A stretch of 64,000 nt of DNA from an uncultured Candidatus Saccharibacteria bacterium. Its GTDB lineage: Bacteria; Patescibacteriota; Minisyncoccia; Phycocordibacterales; UBA5272. The stretch lies in contig CAZEIK010000003.1 in the NCBI GenBank assembly GCA_964512315.1, positions 22,548-86,547 on the forward strand. The letters run 5' to 3'. The position numbers and the translations under genes were made by a program. Positions 1 through 9,082 of this stretch are shown one piece after another; position 1 is the first letter of the stretch; each line of letters begins with the position of its first letter. The notes under the pieces are model-generated. The model did not search any database. It worked only from the letters and a program-made list of their open reading frames with translations, and had not been told where the DNA came from.

Positions 1-282
1 CCCCACATAAGGTAATAACGTTAACGCCTTCTCACGCGAACCAACAATCTGAGCGATGAATCCAATAAGAAAGTCCACTAGCATCTCAGCTAAGCTTTGG
101 AAAAACCCAGGCAGAAGCTTAAATTTGTTAACTTTGAAGGCTAAGAAAATAAAAACAATCAAAGCAAAAAAGGCCATCATTGTAGAAGATGTTATTGTAA
201 AAGGACCAAAAGAAAAAAGTTCATGTGGGTGTATGCTAGGTATATCTTCTCTAACGTGTAATAATTCAGCAAATTTTTCCAT
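1..282 (-). CDS. atpB: F0F1 ATP synthase subunit a, 5' part (runs off window start)
   Basis: Not in the ORF track; manual translation from ATG at 282 gives MEKFAELLHVREDIPSIHPHELFSFGPFTITSSTMMAFFALIVFIFLAFKVTNFKLLPGFFQSLAEMLVDFLIGFIAQIVGSREKALTLLPYVG, with the subunit a pattern (G.F.IT.S, TM helix, P..FQ...E...F). Confidence 0.85.
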   Translation of the reverse strand, partial: MEKFAELLHVREDIPSIHPHELFSFGPFTITSSTMMAFFALIVFIFLAFKVNKFKLLPGFFQSLAEMLVDFLIGFIAQIVGSREKALTLLPYVG

Positions 283-320
283 AAATCGTCAAATATTATA
301 TCAAAAAGTAAGCGTTTTCG

Positions 321-887
321 CTAATCCATCTTAAATGTAGTCCTGTCTCTAAATTTGAAATAAAGAAATGTTCCATAAGCTACTGTAAATATAGCAATAG
401 CCGCCTTATATTCTACCCAGACAGATGGATGGAAATTTCTTCTAACTATTTCGTTGAATATGCCGAAGATTAAAAATATAAATCCCCAACTATATGAGAG
501 TTTAATCCATGTCTCATTATCTAATATAAATATATGAGAAAACATTTTTTTAATAATAGGCTTCTTAAAATAAGCTGACATTACTATGCTTCCGCCGAGT
601 ACAAAATCATACAATGTATCTCTTATTTGTAAAAAGTTTGGGTTGTGGAACTTGATAGTTAGCCAACCGAATAGCGTAGTCTCGAAGCATATTAATAATG
701 CTAAATATGGGATTCTTTTGTCTTTTAATACTACATAAATTGTAAAAATAATAGTTAGCCCTACTAATATGGCTGTAGATCGGTAAAAGTTGTGCCATAT
801 TTCAAAACTAATTAGAAAGGCCACTATTGGTATGAATTCGAAAAAAATTTTACCTAAAAGTCGTGCATAGCCAATTATTTTTTTCAT
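321..887 (-). CDS. YciB/IspZ family inner membrane protein
   Basis: EFIPIVAFL start, LFGWLTIKFHNPNFLQIRDT, W..LSYSW and NEIVRRNF...WVEYK motifs of YciB. Confidence 0.85.
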   Translation of the reverse strand: MKKIIGYARLLGKIFFEFIPIVAFLISFEIWHNFYRSTAILVGLTIIFTIYVVLKDKRIPYLALLICFETTLFGWLTIKFHNPNFLQIRDTLYDFVLGGSIVMSAYFKKPIIKKMFSHIFILDNETWIKLSYSWGFIFLIFGIFNEIVRRNFHPSVWVEYKAAIAIFTVAYGTFLYFKFRDRTTFKMD

Positions 888-911
888 TGAAATTCTAGTA
901 TACTAAAGAGC

Positions 912-1643
912 ATGGAAAAACACGAACACAATACACATATTAAAAATTCACCATACATAGGAATTGTTATTGCAGCCACAATAATCGGCATATTCATATT
1001 GGCTTCTGCATTCGTTTTAAGAGGTTCAGCTGGTAGCAACTCTGAATTTGTTGATCCGGATAAGATATTCATGGGTCGCGATTTTAAGAATGATGAATTC
1101 ACTTATGGATCTAATAAGAATAAAGTTATATTCTTACAATACTCTGATACTGAGTGTCCATTTTGTAAAAAGTTCCATGAAGAGGTTATCTCTAAGCTAG
1201 AGGGAGATGCTAAGTATTCAAGTATTGCTATGGCTTATCGTCACTATCCGTTACCATTCCATACAAAGGCCCCGAAAGAGTCAGAAGCTACACTTTGTGC
1301 TCGTGAATTAGGCGGTCAAGATGGATACAGGAAATACATAGACGCAATATTTACTAAGACACCAGCTAATAATGGTTTAGATGAAGCTGAGCTACCTAAA
1401 ATAGCAACTTCTGTTGGTTTAGATACAACAAAGTTCACAGAGTGTTTGTCTAGTGGTAAATATGCCCAAGCTGTACAAGATGACTTGTCTGACGGTAACT
1501 CAGTTGGTGTAACTGGTACACCACACAGTATGGTCTTGGTCAAAACTGACAACGGTTATCGTATTATCGCTCGTGTTGAAGGAGCTCGTGATTACAAATA
1601 CGTGACAGCAGTACTCGATCAAGTTCTTAAAATGGTTAAATAA
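912..1643 (+). CDS. DsbA/thioredoxin-fold protein with membrane anchor
   Basis: YSDTECPFC active site, YRHYPL, GVTGTP cis-Pro loop, N-terminal TM helix. Confidence 0.9.
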   Translation: MEKHEHNTHIKNSPYIGIVIAATIIGIFILASAFVLRGSAGSNSEFVDPDKIFMGRDFKNDEFTYGSNKNKVIFLQYSDTECPFCKKFHEEVISKLEGDAKYSSIAMAYRHYPLPFHTKAPKESEATLCARELGGQDGYRKYIDAIFTKTPANNGLDEAELPKIATSVGLDTTKFTECLSSGKYAQAVQDDLSDGNSVGVTGTPHSMVLVKTDNGYRIIARVEGARDYKYVTAVLDQVLKMVK

Positions 1644-1663
1644 GTTATTAGATAAAAGGTAGC

Positions 1664-1706
1664 AATAAAACAAGAGCCGCCCCGAAGGGGTGGCTCTTGT
1701 TTTATT
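1664..1706. terminator. Bidirectional intrinsic terminator between convergent genes
   Basis: AATAAAACAAGAGCCGCCCC-GAA-GGGGTGGCTCTTGTTTTATT inverted repeat. Confidence 0.8.
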
Positions 1707-1728
1707 TTTAAATTTTTATATCTAGAAA

Positions 1729-2037
1729 CTATAACCCCATTTCTAATTTTAAGTCCTCAGGCGCCTCCCATGGTGGATCAAATGTTAATTCAACTTGGCA
1801 TTCACCTTTACCTAGATTGTTCACATTGTTCTCAACATCTTCTATCAAAGTATCCACAAAAGGACACATCGGGCTTGTGAGAGTCATGGTCACTCTGATG
1901 TACTCATGCACACCTAACTCTTCGAAATATTCTCCTATTTCTATATTACGAATAAGGCCAAGCTTGACTATGTCATATCCAAGTTCTGGGTCTAATACTT
2001 TTTTTAATGCCCCTGTAATTATTTCTTTATTGAGCAT
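1729..2037 (-). CDS. SufT/DUF59 metal-sulfur cluster assembly factor
   Basis: DPELGYDIVKLGL, TLTSPMCP, FDPPW motifs; last gene of suf cluster. Confidence 0.9.
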   Translation of the reverse strand: MLNKEIITGALKKVLDPELGYDIVKLGLIRNIEIGEYFEELGVHEYIRVTMTLTSPMCPFVDTLIEDVENNVNNLGKGECQVELTFDPPWEAPEDLKLEMGL

Positions 2038-2693
2038 ACGCCGTTTTCTATTTTATATATTCTGTTTATGTTTAGCTTTTCGGCTTCTTTTGAGTGACTG
2101 ATTAGCGCAACAGCAGATCCTATTGATCTCATGTGCTCTATAACTTTATACACCTTTTCTATCGCAACCTTGTCCACACCGCTATCCGGCTCATCCAAGA
2201 ATATGTATTTTGGCTTCAGAGCTAATATATGTATCAGATCTGCTTGCTTTTTCTCTCCACCCGAGAAGCCGACATTTAGGTCTCTTGTTAGAAGATCTGT
2301 ATCTAATCCAAACATCTCACACTCTTTTATAAGTGAGTCTTTGAAGTCTTTGGCTGATAAGTTATTATTCTCATTTATGTTTTTATAAGCCTTATAAAGT
2401 AGTGACAGTGTGCTGATACCTTCTATTTCTGGAACATTTTGTAAACCCAAGTACATACCCATCTTAGCCATCGCCTCTACGCCTGCATTTGTTATGTCTT
2501 CGTTATCTAGGATTATTTGTCCTGATGATATTTTATAGCCTGGGTATTTGAATATGCCACGCATAAGAGATGATTTACCACTACCATTTTCTCCTTCTAT
2601 CAGAATCAGTTCACCAGAAGATATTTCTAAATTAGCCTCTTTTATCAGCTCCATCTCTTCCAGATTCACATTTAAATTATTTATTTTTAGCAT
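2019..2693 (-). CDS. sufC: Fe-S cluster assembly ABC ATPase SufC
   Basis: Walker A GENGSGKS, RDLNVGFSGGEKK, LDEPDSGVD; suf context. Confidence 0.92.
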   Translation of the reverse strand: MLKINNLNVNLEEMELIKEANLEISSGELILIEGENGSGKSSLMRGIFKYPGYKISSGQIILDNEDITNAGVEAMAKMGMYLGLQNVPEIEGISTLSLLYKAYKNINENNNLSAKDFKDSLIKECEMFGLDTDLLTRDLNVGFSGGEKKQADLIHILALKPKYIFLDEPDSGVDKVAIEKVYKVIEHMRSIGSAVALISHSKEAEKLNINRIYKIENGVCSIKK

Positions 2694-3054
2694 AATCTTT
2701 TAAGGCTTCTTCGAGGGCATTATAACATAGCAAGGCGCACGCTGCTCTACTTGGTGTTATCTGTACTCCTAACATTTTATAAATATCGCCCGGCATCATA
2801 TTCTTAGCAGTTTCAACCTTTTTGTTAAGTAACTCATCAGTTATCATGCTCATGCCAGCTTGAGATATAGCACAACCCTCACCTACGAATGTGGCTTTGT
2901 TTATGATCTCGCTCTCAATATTCAAATACAATGTCCCATTGTCACCACAAGAAGGATTCTTGCCATATCCAACACAAGAACAAGGGTTAAGTATTTCCTT
3001 GTTATGTGGATTCCTGGCGTGATCCAATATATTGTCCAAATAAAGCTCATCCAT
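2677..3054 (-). CDS. sufU: SufU/NifU-like scaffold or sulfur-transfer protein
   Basis: ILDHARNPHN, NPSCGD, GEGCAISQA, RAACALL. Confidence 0.9.
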   Translation of the reverse strand: MDELYLDNILDHARNPHNKEILNPCSCVGYGKNPSCGDNGTLYLNIESEIINKATFVGEGCAISQAGMSMITDELLNKKVETAKNMMPGDIYKMLGVQITPSRAACALLCYNALEEALKDYAKNK

Positions 3055-3055
3055 A

Positions 3056-4252
3056 TTATTTTAAAGTCTTAATAGCAACCTTTAGAGCCTCAATAAAACT
3101 ATCTATGTCTTGTTTGGTGTTATAAAAATAAAAACTGACCCTTGATAATGCATTAACTTTGAGGTGTTGCATTGCTAATTGCGCACAATGATGTCCAGCG
3201 CGCATAGCTATTTCGTGCCTGCCTAATATTTCAGCAATATCATGCGGATGTATACCACTTACTGAGAAGCTTACAATACCTACATTATTATTAATATTTG
3301 AATGCACTTGTACATCATCTAATTCTGATAATTTACTTATTGCATATTCTACTAAGTCTGCAATATGACTATTCTGACTTAGTATATTATTATCTTGAAT
3401 GTATTTGATAGCCGCTGCAAAGCCTATCACTTCTGCTATGCCGGCAGTACCAGCTTCATGGGCGCGCACGTCACTTCTGTAGCTACTTTCTGCCTCATTC
3501 ACCTCCCAGACCATACCGCCACCAAAAGTAACAGGTCTAAGGTTACGCAATAGATTACGCTTGATTATGAGCGCTCCCACGCCAGTTGGTCCACACATTT
3601 TGTGTGCAGACATATACACAGCATCCAGGTTAATATGTTTAAAATTAATATCGATATGTCCGGACGCTGCTGTAGCATCAGATATTATATATGCTCCAAA
3701 AGCTTTAGCTTTTTCAGCTAACTTTGCCACATCAAATATTTCTCCGGTCACATTACTAGCAATTGGGCAGCTAACGATAAAAGTGTCGCCATCTATCAGT
3801 TGCTCCATCTCTTCAAAAGTGTGAGCAGAAATAGTCAAGTTATTCCTTTTCGCTAGCTCTTGTAAAGGTACAAGATCTGAGTGATGTGCGAATTTTGAAA
3901 CTAATATTTTATTTTTGTTCGGAGTAACAAGTTGTTCTAGCATTCTGACTAGCTTATTACTTCCATCGGTTGACCCAGAAGTGAAAATAACTTCACCTAC
4001 TTCTGAGTTGAAAAACTTTGCTACAACTTCTCTCGCTTCATTGTATTTGCCTGTCGCAGTGGCAGCGCTTTTGTATAGGCCTCTATCTATATTAGACCTG
4101 TATTTAAAGTAATACTCATTCATTGTATTTACTACAATATCTGGAGTAAGTGATGATGCAGCTGTGTCCAAATACACGAGATCCTTCCCGTGTTCATCTT
4201 TATAATTAGCAAATATAGAAAAGTCTTCTCTATTCATCTTTAATATTGACAT
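3056..4252 (-). CDS. sufS: Cysteine desulfurase SufS (true start possibly ATG at 4237)
   Basis: YLDTAASS, SAHKMCGPTGVG (PLP Lys), RAGHHCAQ, RVSFYFYN. Confidence 0.92.
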   Translation of the reverse strand: MSILKMNREDFSIFANYKDEHGKDLVYLDTAASSLTPDIVVNTMNEYYFKYRSNIDRGLYKSAATATGKYNEAREVVAKFFNSEVGEVIFTSGSTDGSNKLVRMLEQLVTPNKNKILVSKFAHHSDLVPLQELAKRNNLTISAHTFEEMEQLIDGDTFIVSCPIASNVTGEIFDVAKLAEKAKAFGAYIISDATAASGHIDINFKHINLDAVYMSAHKMCGPTGVGALIIKRNLLRNLRPVTFGGGMVWEVNEAESSYRSDVRAHEAGTAGIAEVIGFAAAIKYIQDNNILSQNSHIADLVEYAISKLSELDDVQVHSNINNNVGIVSFSVSGIHPHDIAEILGRHEIAMRAGHHCAQLAMQHLKVNALSRVSFYFYNTKQDIDSFIEALKVAIKTLK

Positions 4253-4272
4253 TATATCACAACTGTTTTACT

Positions 4273-4866
4273 TTAACAATTAAGAAATCCAGCAACTAAT
4301 TCTGATTTTGCCTCTTCCTCGCTGAATCCATGTAACTTGGCATAAAAGACCTTTTCTTCATTTACACCACCTATTGATACCGCATGCGTAGTTGGGAATG
4401 TGTCGCTCTCAATATCAAGACTTGGCTCGGCATCTATTTCTGATGTGTTGTCTAATATAATAAATTTAGCTGATTGCTTGCCTTCACCTGTTGAGTCTTG
4501 TTTTGCTGCCAGTGAGCTGCGATATATTATTCTGCCTCCATTTTCTGCTACTCCACGAGATTCGATATGGCTACTAACATTTTTATTATTTGAAATGATT
4601 TGATGATATACATCACCCACTTCACCGCTTCCCATTTTTCCTGTAGCTTTGATTTTTATCTCTATGTCACTAGCTTCTGATTCGCAAACAATAGATACTA
4701 AGCCGTTAACAATATTGTGATGCACATATGTGTCATCGTTACAGAAAATACGATACCTGCCAGGGTCGGTTATTACTATGTCTCCATTGCCACGAATTAT
4801 CTTTTCTTCTTGTGTGGCATAAGGACTTTCAACTTTTAATCCATACTTTTGCATTATTATTGACAT
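4273..4866 (-). CDS. sufD: Short SufD-like protein (C-terminal beta-helix part; start possibly 4854)
   Basis: EIDAEPSLDIESD...THAVSIG.VNEEKVFY..LHG..EEEAK..LVAGFL resembles the SufD C-terminus; position upstream of sufS. Confidence 0.75.
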   Translation of the reverse strand: MSIIMQKYGLKVESPYATQEEKIIRGNGDIVITDPGRYRIFCNDDTYVHHNIVNGLVSIVCESEASDIEIKIKATGKMGSGEVGDVYHQIISNNKNVSSHIESRGVAENGGRIIYRSSLAAKQDSTGEGKQSAKFIILDNTSEIDAEPSLDIESDTFPTTHAVSIGGVNEEKVFYAKLHGFSEEEAKSELVAGFLNC

Positions 4867-4888
4867 TATAACATACTAGTTGTAGTAT
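4860..4888 (+). promoter_or_regulatory. sigma70-like promoter for orphan 4933..5160
   Basis: TTGACA-17 bp-TAGTAT; overlaps the divergent sufD TGTTATAAT element. Confidence 0.55.
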
Positions 4889-4932
4889 TAAAAGTAGGCA
4901 TAGCAACAATCAACCAAGATTGAGGAGTTCTC

Positions 4933-5160
4933 ATGGCTAAAATGTTTTACAGAATTCATCCGGGCACTGTTTTGACTCCCGGGTGTACGCTGTCGCGAAG
5001 CATGCGACCAGACCTTGATGAGACGCTTACATTTGTAGAGCGGTCATTTTTCGATGACGAAGAGCATTACGGCGACCCTTGTTACGTTTGTAAAGATCAC
5101 CTCGGACACACTGAGGCTGTGTCGCAAGAACAAATTCTGAAAATGTACTTCTCTGCTTAG
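4933..5160 (+). CDS. Orphan hypothetical protein (75 aa, CxxC)
   Basis: GAGGAG SD 6 nt before ATG, upstream promoter, downstream terminator. Confidence 0.7.
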   Translation: MAKMFYRIHPGTVLTPGCTLSRSMRPDLDETLTFVERSFFDDEEHYGDPCYVCKDHLGHTEAVSQEQILKMYFSA

Positions 5161-5179
5161 TTCTGGCTACACATCCCCG

Positions 5180-5201
5180 AAAGCCACTGCGGTGGCTTTT
5201 T
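5180..5201 (+). terminator. Intrinsic terminator
   Basis: AAAGCCAC-TGCG-GTGGCTTTTT. Confidence 0.75.
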
Positions 5202-5256
5202 GTTTTGGTTTGGTGTAGGATAAAATCTGGCTCAAACTACCAAAAAGGAGACTAAG

Positions 5257-5688
5257 ATGTCATTTGTTTTTGACCCTAGGATTAACCCCACTGCACCACT
5301 GGACCCAAATGACCCAGCACCAACTCACTGGGTCGATATCGAAACCTCAGACTATCGTGCCGCTCTGTTTGGTTTCGCTAGTGAAACCTTCGAAGGGTGT
5401 TCCAGGTGGGAGGTGCGTGAGTTGCGCCGTTGGCGTGCACTAAACCCTAAAACGCTCGAAGGCTTCACTACTAACACACTCTGGGAATCGATACCTGGAA
5501 TGGGTGGTAGCCTGAATAATCTAGAGTTGGTTGATGTCCAACAAGAACCTTTCTATGATGAAGACGGTGCATCTTTGCGCCTGATGCTGTATTTCGTGAC
5601 AAGCGAGTACGGTAAGCTGATCAAGATTCCTGCATTTGGCTTCAGGACGAAGTATCGCGAAAAAGAAAAACCGGATATTGTGTCTTAG
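5257..5688 (+). CDS. Orphan hypothetical protein (143 aa)
   Basis: AAGGAG SD 6 nt before ATG; stop overlaps sufB stop convergently by 4 bp. Confidence 0.75.
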   Translation: MSFVFDPRINPTAPLDPNDPAPTHWVDIETSDYRAALFGFASETFEGCSRWEVRELRRWRALNPKTLEGFTTNTLWESIPGMGGSLNNLELVDVQQEPFYDEDGASLRLMLYFVTSEYGKLIKIPAFGFRTKYREKEKPDIVS

Positions 5689-7007
5689 CTCATCTCTAGC
5701 TCGACGAGTCTATTGAACTCGACGGCGTATTCTAGGGGAAGTGCACGGATGATGTCTCCGACGAATCCGCCCACTATGATGCGATAAGCGTTATCCTTGC
5801 TGAATCCGTGCCCCATGAGGTAGTGCAGCTCCTCATCACCTATCTTGCCGACAGTCGCCTCATGTGTGACGTCGGCATTTTTATTTTGTATTTTATTCAT
5901 CGGCCAAGTATTAGATACTGACTTATTATCAAGAATTAGTGCGTCACAACCAACAAATGACTTGGTATTCTCGGCTGACTTACCAACTTGAACAAAGCCG
6001 CGATAATTAGACACCCCACCATCCTTGGACACACTTTTGCTTCTTATTATTGATCTCGTATTTTTACCCAGATGTATTACTTTACTTCCTGTATCTTGAT
6101 CTTGATTCTCTCCTGCGAATACTATACCCATAGACTCACTACGACTGTAGTCGCCAAGTAGTACTGATGTTGGATATAACATAGTCACAGCAGACCCCAT
6201 GTTACCGTTCACCCAATTGATCTCACCATTTTTATAGACCAAAGCCTTCTTGGTGTTGAGGTTATAAGTGTTCTTGCTCCAATTCTCAACGCTGATGTAT
6301 TTTGCTTTTGCATTTTCCATTACTATAACTTCAACGCATCCAGCGTGTAGGCTACTAGCTGTGTATTTTGGTGCACTGCAACCTTCTATGTATTCAACAG
6401 TTGCGCCATTTTCTACAATTATCAAAGTGTGTTCAAATTGTCCTGCACTAGGAGCATTCATGCGAAAGTAGGCTTGTAACGGCATTGTAACTTTTACACC
6501 CTCTGGAACATATATAAAAGTCCCACCACTCCATACAGCGCCATGCAATGCTGTAAAAGTGTGATCCTTGGCTGGCACACAGTCAGTCATGAAATATTTC
6601 TTAACCAGGTCAGGATACTTTTGTACAGCCACATCCATGTTCTCAAATATAACTCCTTGCTTAGCTAATGTGTCTTTGATTCTGTGATATACAACACCTG
6701 AGTCATACTGCGCACCTACACCACCCAGGTACTCCCTTTCAGCTTTTGGTATACCAAGCTTTTCAAATGTATCAGTTATCTCTTGGGGCAGCTCTGCCCA
6801 ACTTTTCTTTTCGTCTACAGACGGGTCAATGTAATAGTTAATTTTGTCTAATTCTAATTTAGATAGATCCGGCCCCCAAGTGGGAATTTTGGAAGACTCA
6901 AAAATAGCAAGAGCCTCTAATCTCTTTTGTAGCATCCACTCAGGCTCATTTTTTGAAGTGCTGATTTTCCTTACTAGCTCCTCAGTGATAATTCCTTTTA
7001 AAGGCAT
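5685..7007 (-). CDS. sufB: Fe-S cluster assembly protein SufB
   Basis: EPEWML..RL, GVGAQYDS, WSGGTFIYVP, GQFEHTLII, YIEGCSAP, HEATVGKI, LPLEYAVE. Confidence 0.97.
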   Translation of the reverse strand: MPLKGIITEELVRKISTSKNEPEWMLQKRLEALAIFESSKIPTWGPDLSKLELDKINYYIDPSVDEKKSWAELPQEITDTFEKLGIPKAEREYLGGVGAQYDSGVVYHRIKDTLAKQGVIFENMDVAVQKYPDLVKKYFMTDCVPAKDHTFTALHGAVWSGGTFIYVPEGVKVTMPLQAYFRMNAPSAGQFEHTLIIVENGATVEYIEGCSAPKYTASSLHAGCVEVIVMENAKAKYISVENWSKNTYNLNTKKALVYKNGEINWVNGNMGSAVTMLYPTSVLLGDYSRSESMGIVFAGENQDQDTGSKVIHLGKNTRSIIRSKSVSKDGGVSNYRGFVQVGKSAENTKSFVGCDALILDNKSVSNTWPMNKIQNKNADVTHEATVGKIGDEELHYLMGHGFSKDNAYRIIVGGFVGDIIRALPLEYAVEFNRLVELEMS

Positions 7008-7050
7008 AAATAGAATTATAATTTACCACAAAAGTACAGTATTGTACAGA

Positions 7051-7485
7051 TTAAGAACAATTCTTACAGATACTATAAATATACACAGCAGCACTGTTGC
7101 CACCTTTGAATTTTTTTGTTCTACGTATAATCTTTTTTACTTGATCTGAAATATATTTCTCTGGAAAGCTTTCTACACTACCACAAACCTGACATATAAT
7201 CTGACTTTTTGGTGTGTGAGTCGATATTTCATAAGTAAAAGAGTTGCCAGCATGTGTATATTTTCTTATTGCGCCAACCAGTTCTAAAGTTTTTAAATTC
7301 CTATATATTGTTGCCTGATCTATATCTTTTTGAACAGCAAGAGAAGCCGTTAGCTTTTGTGCTGAGACGGGAGTTTTTGACTTCGCAATATAAGTAAGAA
7401 TAAGAATCCTGTGATCAGTAACTTTCAAAGAGTGCTCTTTTATATAGTTTTTAATTTCTTCTTTTTTTAGCAAAGTAGTCATCAT
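7051..7485 (-). CDS. Fur family transcriptional regulator
   Basis: LKVTDHRILIL, ATIYRNL..LE..G, CQVCG and C-terminal CKNC zinc site. Confidence 0.88.
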   Translation of the reverse strand: MMTTLLKKEEIKNYIKEHSLKVTDHRILILTYIAKSKTPVSAQKLTASLAVQKDIDQATIYRNLKTLELVGAIRKYTHAGNSFTYEISTHTPKSQIICQVCGSVESFPEKYISDQVKKIIRRTKKFKGGNSAAVYIYSICKNCS

Positions 7486-7589
7486 CTTTAATTATATCAA
7501 ATATTAAAACTTTTATTTTTCGTGTTTTTCTGTTAGAGTTTTAGAGGAAATGGGCAATCCCGCCCAAGATACATAAAGAGGTAGTGTAA

Positions 7590-7952
7590 ATGAGTGATAG
7601 TCCTATCGACTATGTAGGCACTGTATTGCGTGCCAAAAGAGATGAAAATTCCCCCTGGGGTGTGCTATCTGGTACAACCCGCTACGGGCAACGCACGTTG
7701 ATCGAACCACAACAAGGTGGCTCTTACCTAATCATCGAGTGGCAAAACCACAGCTGGGAGACAAACGTCCTCAGCTCAGAAGATGAAGAAGTCATGCGGC
7801 TGCCAGAAGTCAGAATGGCTTTGCACTTGATTGCTACCGGTTACCAACATGTTCCTGCGGTAAAAGCTGGCGTGCACGCGATGTACACGAAACTTTCATG
7901 GATGAGAAACCAGTTCATTCCAAACGAAAACTGGCAGACAGCGAACTCGTAA
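7590..7952 (+). CDS. Orphan hypothetical protein (120 aa)
   Basis: GAGG SD, 5' hairpin TGGGC..GCCCA, terminator at 7972-7996, GC-richer than neighbours. Confidence 0.7.
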   Translation: MSDSPIDYVGTVLRAKRDENSPWGVLSGTTRYGQRTLIEPQQGGSYLIIEWQNHSWETNVLSSEDEEVMRLPEVRMALHLIATGYQHVPAVKAGVHAMYTKLSWMRNQFIPNENWQTANS

Positions 7953-7971
7953 AGCTTCGCTGCCCGAGAAG

Positions 7972-7996
7972 AAGGTGCTCATCTGGAGCACCTTTT
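7972..7996 (+). terminator. Intrinsic terminator
   Basis: AAGGTGCTC-ATCTG-GAGCACCTTTT. Confidence 0.7.
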
Positions 7997-8020
7997 GTTT
8001 TGTCTCAATATTCAAATTAA

Positions 8021-9082
8021 TTATAAAATTATTCCGCCACCTACCACTTCCCCGTCATCTCTGTAGAACACTGCGCTCTGGCCTGATACAACACCTTCTG
8101 CATCTGAGACTAATTCACATCTATTCTCTTTTTGATAGAGTTTGGCGTCGAATAATTTGCCACGATATCTAAATCTAACTTTTAACTTGCTGCCAGATCG
8201 CATATCAGACAACCAATTGGTCTGATCTAACTGAATAAGAGAAGATTTCTGTACCTGAGGAGGAGTATTAGAGACAATTATTCTATTGTATTCTGGTTGT
8301 TTCCTAATTACATAGAAGGCTTTGTCATGGTCAGTCTTTTTGTCTATTCTAAAGCCATGCCTCTCACCTATGGTGTATAGTTGTGATCCAAAATGTGTCC
8401 CCATAACTTCACCTTGCTCATTTACAACATCACCGGGCTGAAGATTAAGCTCTCTTATCAAGAAGTCTTTTACTGATATATCTCCTAGCATACATATGCC
8501 CTGACTATCCTTTTTCTCTGCAACAAACAGCTTCTTGTTTTTAGCTATTTGACGAACTTTATTTTTGTTAAATGCTCCAATTGGGAAAAGTATTTTAGGT
8601 AAAATCTTTTTATCTATTTGATATAAAAAGTAAGATTGATCTTTGTTTTTGTCTTTAGACTCATACAAAAATCCATCTCTAATTTGCGCATAATGACCAG
8701 TCGCAATAAAGTCTGCACCTTTTTGCATTGCAAAGTTATAGAATCCCCCAAACTTTATATATTTATTACAAAAAATATCTGGATTAGGTATTCTATTGTT
8801 CTTGTATTCATTTAAAAAGTAATCGATCACGTATTTCTTATACTCACTTTCTAAATCAAAAGTCAGAAAAGGTATATCCAGTTGGGCACAAACACGAAGA
8901 GCGTCCAATCTATCTTGCTTCCAAGTGCACTCAATGTATTCCGGTTGCCAAGTCTTTATAAAGACACCTGTCACGTCATAACCTTGCTTCTTAAGAAGAT
9001 AAAGTGACACTGCACTGTCTACCCCTCCTGAGAGGCCTACAAAGACTTTTTTATTTTTCTTTTTAAAAATATTTTTAAGCAT
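8021..9082 (-). CDS. mnmA: tRNA 2-thiouridine(34) synthase MnmA
   Basis: SGGVDS PP-loop, PNPDIFCN, ATGHYA, KDQSYFL, KKDSQGIC, GQSAVFY. Confidence 0.97.
   Translation of the reverse strand: MLKNIFKKKNKKVFVGLSGGVDSAVSLYLLKKQGYDVTGVFIKTWQPEYIECTWKQDRLDALRVCAQLDIPFLTFDLESEYKKYVIDYFLNEYKNNRIPNPDIFCNKYIKFGGFYNFAMQKGADFIATGHYAQIRDGFLYESKDKNKDQSYFLYQIDKKILPKILFPIGAFNKNKVRQIAKNKKLFVAEKKDSQGICMLGDISVKDFLIRELNLQPGDVVNEQGEVMGTHFGSQLYTIGERHGFRIDKKTDHDKAFYVIRKQPEYNRIIVSNTPPQVQKSSLIQLDQTNWLSDMRSGSKLKVRFRYRGKLFDAKLYQKENRCELVSDAEGVVSGQSAVFYRDDGEVVGGGIIL

Noticed and set aside
56-334. + strand 92-aa ORF
   Set aside because: Antisense shadow of the atpB N-terminus on the - strand
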